A stretch of 60,471 nt of DNA, filler included, from Sluysia triapertura (taxonomy: Eukaryota): the NCBI GenBank assembly GCA_046118255.1. It is 4 parts of 4 records of this genome, joined end to end, with 100 filler letters (N's around TTAATTAATTAA, not from the genome) between each part and the next. Parts side by side here need not be neighbours in the genome. Positions count along the whole stretch, not along the records: positions 41,146 to 60,471 come from JBJNIA010075384.1; 3 more parts are not named here. One strand, written 5' to 3'. The notes beneath the pieces were generated by a model. It saw only the letters and a program-made list of their open reading frames with translations. It had not been told where the DNA came from and ran no database searches. Below are positions 52,000-60,471 of this stretch, piece by piece (position 1 is the first letter of the stretch; the number at the start of each line of letters is the position of its first letter). The position numbers were made by a program, and so were the translations under genes.

Positions 52000-54186
52000 T
52001 TATAATCCAATATCTAAACAAATTCGGAATCTCGGCATGTTCTTTCAAATGTGCAAAAATTATACAAATGTGAGAGATTTAAAAGTAATGAATAGAATAA
52101 AGTAAAAAGCTTAGGTTGAGTTCACCAACGTACCGGGCTAACCAGTTAGGGCCAGCCGTTTGATTTTGGCAAATCACAGGAAAGTCTCAAAAACTACTGA
52201 AAACTGCAAGGTTTATTTAAATCTTTAACTAACTTGAGGTAAGTAACGATAATAATGAAATTTTATCTAAAAAAATTGATAATAATAAAGTTTAGGATAT
52301 TATTTTTTGTAGATTCCTTTATATGGAATCTTTAAATGGTATTTTGCGTGGCTAGAGATAAATTCTAGCTATTGAAATCAGAAAACGATTAATTTTACAG
52401 TTGAAGCTATATAAGTTATATAATACAATAAAATTAAGAGTTAATGTACTTTAATCAAAAGAAAATTAAAATATACAACTGTGTAATAATAATATATACT
52501 TTACTAAATTAACTACACTAGTTAATTTCTTAATGACAAAAAGTTTAAATATATTTTATGTTTGATCTGTGATAAGATCAGGAAATTAGTTTAAAATGAT
52601 TTTGAGTCAGATTTTACTTATGATACGCTAATGTATCGACCTTAAAATAATTAAACTAACGTAGCTTTTGAAATATGTGTTAAAAATGGAGAATATCTTG
52701 ATGAAATTGGAGCTGGAAGGCGATCCTTCAAAAGTTTTATAAAATGTTTAAAAACCTTGTATTTATAAAAATTGTGTTGTATTGCAGAAAAGTATGTGTT
52801 TATATATTTTCAATCCGACCTTGATCGAATTGAAACAAATATTAAAAATGAAAAGATTAAAATAAATAATTTTTTTCAAAAGCTAGTACTAAACGCTAGT
52901 CCAATTAAATAATCAAAAATAATTATAAAATAATTAAATAATAATTACTTACAAGAATATAAAATTTTCAGATATTTTCAAAATAAAAATCCAAAGAATT
53001 CAAAGATTAAAATAATGTTATATTAAATCAATAATAATTATATATTCATAAAAATTAATCAATAAATTAATGTGTTATATGTTCGAATGATTCATTACAA
53101 GTAACATTTATGTTCAATATGTTTATCATTACAAGTATGTTTATCATTTACAAGAATGTATACTTATCATTACAATGTTAATCATTAGCAAATAAAATTC
53201 TTGTATAATAAAACTAATTATTCTTTCAATAATAAAATATCTTTTATTATCAACTTCAAAGTTATAAATCTCTAAATATTAAAATTATTACCAGGGCTGA
53301 CACAACTTAAATAAGATCAATAAATGATGGAGCCAGCATTAACAACATCTAAGAACAATAAATGTAAAAGCAAATTACTAACCCTTTTTAGATCTTCCTA
53401 ATATTTGCTGAAGAATAAGCCTCAATCTCACTGTTTTCCACAAATGAATTGAGACAATATCCCTAAAGCTAAAAAGTCTTTAATTTCTTTATCTTCCCTT
53501 TTTTTCGTTCTAATTTCTCTGCAAAAATATGACTACTTATATTGGAAATTGGAAATTGGATAAGACGGAAGTTAAACTGTTCATTCTTTTTAGTCGGTGA
53601 TAAGCGGACCAATTTTAATGATAAAATTCCAACAGTAATTTCATTACCTTAATTATCATTTTTAACTTATCTTAAGATAATTGTATTTGTGATAAACAAT
53701 TCAACATCATTTCAACATCATTAAATTAAAATTTAATATAATTATTATTTATCTTTTCTATCAATGACACACGTCAAGTTCAATAATATATTTGAATTTG
53801 TATATTCATGAGCATTAATTTAATATATACTTTACTTATGCTTAAACATCGGAACATATTTATCTTTAATTTTAAATTACAAAAACTAATTAAAATAACT
53901 AATTTTTACCTATCTAAGTCGACGTACTTCGTAAAATACCAAATAGAACTCATCATTATGCACCAAATCTAATATTATTTTATCATGAGCAAACATATTT
54001 TTATTAAGTTATCAAATTAAACAAAATTTAATTAAATTAATTAAGAAATGTACTTTAATACTTTAACAGATAAAACCTTACGGGGGTTTATTTCTTCGTA
54101 TTTTTTATTCTTTTGTCTTAATTCAAATATTTTATCCGCTTATTCTGTTATTACAATTCATCATACTTTATCTTAATTCTTCAATG
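52000..54186 (+). repeat. Local direct duplication, unit 2 (interrupted by a family B element)
   Basis: Same anchors as unit 1 in the same order; 52117-52837 has no counterpart in unit 1. Confidence 0.7.
52117..52837 (+). repeat. Dispersed repeat family B, copy 3
   Basis: TGAGTTCACCAACGTACCGGGCTAACCAGTTAGGGCCAGCCGTTTGATTT ... CCTTGATCGAATTGAAACA. Confidence 0.7.
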
Positions 54187-54210
54187 ATGCTTATTTCGCT
54201 TCTACATAAT

Positions 54211-54353
54211 TGTTAGACTTCATAAAATGGACTAACCGGGGATAGAACCCGGGACCATCGCTGCGCTCTACTACCGAGCTATCAGCCCCTTCTAACGATT
54301 TTATTTTACAGTCAATTTTACTAAATGGCACTTTAGACCTTTTTATCCCAACA
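54211..54353 (-). mobile_element. Solo tRNA-containing mini-LTR (143 bp) with perfect TAAT target-site duplication
   Basis: TAAT-TGTTAGAC...CCCAACA-TAAT. Minus strand has GGGGCTGATAGCTCGGTAGTAGAGC...CCCGGGTTCTATCCCCGGTTAGTCCATTTT. Confidence 0.8.
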
Positions 54354-54398
54354 TAATGACTCACATAATGACTCACATAATGACTCACATAATGACTT
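54351..54398 (+). repeat. 12-bp tandem repeat (ACATAATGACTC) x4
   Basis: Three perfect copies plus one with a single mismatch. Confidence 0.92.
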
Positions 54399-54889
54399 AC
54401 GTTTATCCTAATCCTTACTAACACGGAAAATATAATTTTTGTCTATATTAAATATCTTAGATCTCTATGGAAGGCCCTCACGCATGAATTATTTAACAGA
54501 TACATTTGCTTATATATATTAGTCTTTTTAAACAGACAACTTATAATATAATTTAATTGTTGATCGAGTCCAAACATAATAATAAATGATGTTTATTTGT
54601 CCAGTAACATGAAATCTTAATTCAAATTATGTAAAATTCTATAATTAATAATTAATTAAAATTTAAATTTGCTCAATATTAAAGCTTTCCTTGCAGAAAC
54701 TCCGTCAAACCATATCTCCATCGAAAGATCTTTTTAAAATACACATATAAACACATAATCACAACCTTTACATTTTATTCATTAAAAAGTGTTTTTTAAT
54801 AACGTATTAATTACTAATTATTAACGTATCGAATTTATTTTTAATATTAGTAACAATGATTTTATTTCGCAAATATTTTAAATATTTCA

Positions 54890-55050
54890 TATACCTTACA
54901 AGGTTACTCAAAGCTCTCAAATGCTTATCAATTGTTTCAAAGATTCTCAAAGGTTGATGAGGTCTCGATGTTCTCAAGATTCACAACCAATCTCAGGATT
55001 CCTCGACTCTCAATGGACTTCGGAACTCTAAGGTATTCTTCAATTCCAAA
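54890..55050 (-). repeat. Repeat family A 5' fragment
   Basis: Reverse complement aligns to 1820-2025. Confidence 0.5.
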
Positions 55051-56965
55051 ACGAATGTAGACATTTTCTTCTTACTATAACAATGTTTTATTGTTTTATC
55101 TTCAATTCCTTATTCCACAGTTGAGAAATTTCAACTACAAAATAACCATTATTATTATTACCATTTAGTATATTATTATAAATTAGTTTATTATATTATA
55201 TATATTGATTTAAGAATCATCATTGTAGATTTAGTGCATCATTAAAAACAATTTTAAATAAAAACCATTTTAAAAATAAAAATATTTCCAATAAACCTTG
55301 AATATTATATTGTTAAAAAGTGTAAAAATAATATTTCAAGATTTATTACATAAATACTTTCGCAGAAATAAAGATTGAAAATAGGAATGATCGTCAAAAA
55401 ATAAAAATTATTGATTATCAGTCTGAACGATAGAAGACTAGTATAAAACTAACAGAATTTTGCTTACTAACAAACTTTTTATAAACCTAATTTATTTGGT
55501 GATCATACAAATTGTGTTAAATAATAATATAATAATATCGAATAAAATATTTTAACGTCAATCAAATATGATACTAAAATATTTAAATGTGATAAAATTG
55601 AAACTGTTTTAGTAAAATTTGATTCATCGTTTATTATTCTGTTTATAATATTCATACTAAAAATGGCATTTTTATCTGTGTCAATCAAGGGATGAATTTG
55701 AAGCATTCACGATAATCTTTAATCAAATTATAATTTGATGATTATATACTTTCGAGTGATAGAATGTATAATAATATAACTATTAACACAAATAATGTAT
55801 TGAAAATAAATAAATTTTACTTAAAAATAATCAAAATAAATATTTAATTAAGTAAAGTGAAACATATTGACCCCTATTAAAAATTTAATTTAATTATCAT
55901 TAAATAATTATAGTTATTTATAATAAAAATGATTTTATAAAACCTAAACTATTTAAAATCATTTTAACAAATAAAAAATAAGTGTTTCCTTTAAATTCAA
56001 TAGAAGTCAATGTGTTATAAACTCAAAGAAATCAAAAAAAAATTAAACAAACTGGGGATTAAAAATCAAATTTCTAATAAAAATGTGAAAATAAAAAAAT
56101 ACTATAAATATACTACTTAAATTAATCAATATAATATAAAATGTAAAATTTATTCAACTGATAAATAAGTTTCACTTTCTTTACTTAACTGTTTGGAATT
56201 GTATTTGTGGCTGTTTTTGGGTTTGAATTGATGATGATTATAATAGTACTGGTGCTGATGCTATTATATTTGTTTGATTAATGCCAAGTAGTTTATAAAT
56301 CGATAAACGAATTTGGTGGGTCATTACTTAAAATACGTAAAAAGATCATTGGCTTAGCTCAGATATTTTGTGTATTATTATTGAGAATAGTATAAATACT
56401 GGATTTCTTAATTATAAAAATAATTTAATAACTTATTTTCTATGTAAAATAAGTAGTACATGTTTGTATTTTTATTAGTATTGCTTTCTCATTTTCATTT
56501 TCCGGTGCAAACATTCATTATCATAAAATATAATCAAATATTGTTCAATTGTCATCATATTTTATACTATCGTAAGTTAGTTATAGTATATATTATCTTT
56601 TTGGCTTTATTTCTCTACAGTTTAGCTATTTATAATTCTAATTATGTACTTTATTCAATTATATCCATTTTGATAGTACTTTTTCTTCCTTTATTTCGTG
56701 TTTAATTTAGCTTATCTTGGAAAATAGATTAATTACGTGTTCTACTGTTGTAAGTGAAATTTGTTGATAATTTGTGACTGTTAAATCTGTTGTTGGCCCT
56801 TTAGTGAGTAAGTCCAGTATCATAGATAACTCACCTTAAAATATACAATTTAGCAGAAAAAACAAGAAAATAAAATAATTTCAGCATAGCATAATATAAC
56901 TGACACAAAGTATTAACATAATATAACTCAAAGAAAGTGAACGAAAAAGTAGTTACATATTATAA

Positions 56966-57526
56966 CTAGTAATAAACAATAATCAAAAGCAGATTCTTTA
57001 ACGTAGTATTATACTTTTGCTTACGTAAATATGATTCAAACCATTTTATTGCACTAAGTGAGAGAATTTTTTGGAGATCACAGAGTAATATTTCATGATT
57101 AACTGTATCAAAAGCAGCAGACATGTCTAATAAAACCATCAAAACACATTTATTGTGGTGAAAACAATTTAAAATATCATAATTTATTCTTAAAATAGCC
57201 GTTTCTGTTGAGTGACAGGCCATGCAGGCTGATTGATACATTGTAAGAAGTTGATTTTCATCTAAGAACTTTGACAATTGTTGTAAAACTGCTTTTTCAA
57301 TAAATTTTGATAAGAGCGTTATATTTGATACGGGTCTGAAATTATTTAAAAGCAATGTATGAGGTACTATAATGGATACTTTTTCACTTGAAAGGAATTT
57401 CAGGCTATATAATGAATTATTAATAATTTTCAATAAAATCGTATTAACTTTAATCAAAATTGAATTATTTTTGATAAGTTTGATTGGTATTGGGTCAATA
57501 GAACTTGTTTTTGACATTTCCGACAT
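56966..57526 (-). mobile_element. L2/CR1-clade LINE reverse transcriptase fragment (degenerate)
   Basis: NFRPVSNITLLSKFIEKAVLQQL...YQSA...HSTETAILRI...LLDMSAAFDTVNHEILL: non-LTR RT N-terminal domains. Confidence 0.9.
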
Positions 57527-58175
57527 AATTACAAGACAGAACTATTACCTGAGATATAAAGTTCATTTGAGCATACTGAAGTATTTACAACTTATAAGTT
57601 TCATAAATATAATAGATAGAGTTATAGATAATACTTGCAAAATAAGTTAATAGAGAAAATTTACATTAATAGAACATAGTATCTTCAGATAAAGTGAAGA
57701 TATTATTAAAGAAGTTTAGATTATTACCAGAGACTAAGAGTTTATTCAAGCGCACTCAAATTTTTGTAACTCATACTTACATAACATATTTAATTTTTAC
57801 ATTATTATATTTTATTATTATATTGTTAGGTCTATTACTATTATTTTAATTATGTTTTTATATTTATTTTATAATTTATTTATATTTATTATATACAAAA
57901 AAATTGAGATCCTGTTACTTATTGGCAATCCTGGCGTCAATTAATTCGAGTTTTTGTATTTTAAATTTTAATAAATTTATGTTTATGCGATTTTTATAAA
58001 CTGAACAATATTAAAACCAGAATCAACTTATTGTTGTATAAAATTAATAACTAATACTGTCATATGTTATACTTATTTTATTATTTTATATTTATCACTA
58101 AAGTGACCAATCATTATCCTTAGTAAAAGAAAATTTTCTTTTTACTCCAATGGAAAAATATTTGTGCTTTGTATA

Positions 58176-58560
58176 TGTGGTGGCCAACCTCTAGTTTAAA
58201 ATTCAAAATAATCAATTCAGTAACATTCATTAACATTTTACATTGTTATCTTTTCAAAATTCATCAAAACCTTTTTCATATTTTACTTTTTTCAGATCCA
58301 TTAAAACCATCCTTCATACTTCAAAACATTTTAAAGTCACAATCTTTCAACATCCAAACTTTACTTTCATTCAAAACCATCAATGTACATTTAAAAATAC
58401 ATTTAAAACATTTTATTCATTATCCCATTATCTTAAGTTATCAAATATCTATTTCATTATTAATTCAAAACATTTCAATTTCATAATCCATCAACACTCA
58501 ATCACTAATATCACATTTTAAAACCATTTTAAATATTACATTCAAAAAGGAACTTCTTCA
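58176..58560 (-). repeat. Repeat family A 3' part
   Basis: Reverse complement ends GAGGTTGGCCACCACA, as at 2539. Confidence 0.6.
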
Positions 58561-59025
58561 ACATTTTAATAACGTTATTATCTTCTTTACATATTATCAA
58601 CTCTTTCGCATCCTCTTTTTTGTGAAATAAATGTTAAATTATGTTTCGTATTATCTATAATTTTCCTGTTTTTATCCATTTTTAGAATTTTTTAAGAGAT
58701 TTATGTAAAGAAAGAGAAAAATAAGACATTTTTTGTATTTTTATATAATTTTATTATTATAATCATTTACTCTTATTTTGTTATTTATTTCTGTTATTTA
58801 CATATTAATTATTATTATTATGATTGTTTCATTTTTTCTTATTTATTTATTTCATTATAATTATAATTATTAATTTTAGTCATTTTTTATTATCATTATC
58901 ATTATTATTATTAATATTATTTACATAGCATATCTAGGTAACGTGCCAGTAGTGACAGTTTTAAATTAATTAAAGTTTACTGATAGTCTCATAACCAAAA
59001 ATTTGATTAACTGCTAACAGCAACA

Positions 59026-59661
59026 TTGGCCATCCAATCAACCTTATTTTATGTTAAGACTATAATGCAGCTAATTAACTGCCAGTTATTGGTCGATCAT
59101 GTAGAATCAAATAGAGTTTCGGAATTAACGAGTAATTTTCCAGAGTTTTCTGAAGTATTCAATAAATTTCAAAAGGTGAAATTAAAATTAATTGTTTGTG
59201 ATATTATTTTACTTGCCGATGATGAAATTAGAGATATGACGAATTTGGCTTTACGAATTAATCATGATTTTATCCGTGATATTGACCTTGGTTCTAGTAT
59301 GAGTTGCGTTGTTTCTAAATCAGCCATTCCGGTACGAAACGATATGATGTTTATGAATTTAATTGTAAAGCAATTAAAAACATTATTTTTAGTTTACGAT
59401 TGCAATGTGCCGCTAGTTTTAATGAATTCTTTCCTGACAAAAGAAGACACGAAACCAATTTTTAATCAATACAAAGATTCCAACGTTCGAATATCTACGT
59501 TCTTAAGAAAAACTATAAAGAATCAACTCTTAATGATCATCCTATTTCAACCTACACTAACAATGTGCAATTACGTACAATATGTTACAAGAAAGGAATA
59601 TGCATTTACGGTACTACAACAACAGGATACTGTAATTGCAACTATTCACACAGTGTGTTAG
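59026..59661 (+). pseudogene. UGP2: ORF containing a degenerate UTP-glucose-1-phosphate uridylyltransferase (UGP2-like) fragment (~59270-59505)
   Basis: DLGSSMSCVVSKSAIPVRNDMMFMNLIVKQL...YDCNVPLVLMNSFLTKEDTK...RISTF resembles UGPase GLGTSMGCxGPKSxIxVRNxxTFLDL...VPLVLMNSFNTxEDT. The LNGGLG loop is eroded and homology stops abruptly. Confidence 0.75.
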
Positions 59662-60471
59662 ACCTGCAATTCTGATGATCACTATGAAAGAATAAGTACG
59701 TTAATTTCCACTCGGAATACCAAACCAACAATCATTCAATATCTGATCAAAATCTCCAAATGAACAATATTTTCGGTTTTCGAAAGATAAATAAGTTCCT
59801 TATTTTGTGTTTCTTTTTTTGTAATGTTTTTATTTATTTTATTTTATTTAGAATTACAAATGATTTCGATTTAATGTCATATTCAGATGAGTATAAGAAA
59901 AACATTCTATAACAAAAAATTGTGTTTATTACTAACTAATAAATGTATTAATTGTTTTGTTTATAATATATTTTGTAAATTTTTAAAATTATGTGAATTA
60001 AATCTAAATTTTGAACTTATGATAAGTATATAATTTTCCCACAGTATACCTGGTCATTTTGCTGCAACTCAATACAGAGAATGTTAACTAGTCTCAAATA
60101 TAATATAAAATGTTAAATATGAAAATACAATATACCAACCAGAGGTGGCTCAATTAATAACTGTATCGACGATCTTATTTCTTGTTATCACTACAAAACC
60201 TTATCATTGTTGTTAAAGTAATTAATGCTTAAAATTGTCAACAACTTTGAAAATCCGTAAAAGGTGCAACCAATATGTCGTTGAATATCCAACTAAATAT
60301 AAAATACATTAAATTTAGTCATTTATAAACTGATTAAAATTTAAAATGGTTACATTTTTAAATTAATAATTCAAAAATATAATAATGTTTTAGACCCTTT
60401 GTAAACCCTATCCAATTTAATTAGTTTACTATTTAACTAACATTACGTTTATTATTCTTAAATTGTACTTT

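Noticed and set aside
54191-54424. ORF with SHYV repeats
   Set aside because: Translation of the 12-bp tandem repeat and the mini-LTR.
58169-58521. Two overlapping ORFs of 105 and 92 aa
   Set aside because: Result of the G-poor strand skew of repeat family A.

Overview
This is a very AT-rich eukaryotic window, most likely from an animal. It is not one contiguous locus: four contigs (1-15565, 15666-29447, 29548-41045, 41146-60471) are joined by artificial N44-TTAATTAATTAA-N44 linkers. Recognisable genes are a peptidase M60 (TCAF/FAM115-like) catalytic region, a TTC27/EMW1 gene with 34-41 nt GT-AG introns, one dynamin/mitofusin-like GTPase exon and a degenerate UDP-glucose pyrophosphorylase fragment. 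Most of the rest is decayed mobile DNA. This includes L2/CR1-type LINE fragments, a Ty3/gypsy remnant ordered integrase-end/LTR/PBS(Lys)/gag, several solo LTRs with 4-bp target-site duplications (TSDs), a TTAA piggyBac-type MITE and several dispersed repeat families. The most interesting signal is a family of tiny (~145-160 bp) TG...CA LTRs that each carry a tRNA-like Pol III unit (A box, B box, TTTT). One copy has a perfect 4-bp TSD, a second has a one-mismatch TSD, and a third is followed by a PBS-like motif, resembling Helenus/Cassandra-type TRIMs. All alignments were made by eye, so repeat boundaries are approximate unless termini or TSDs are quoted.
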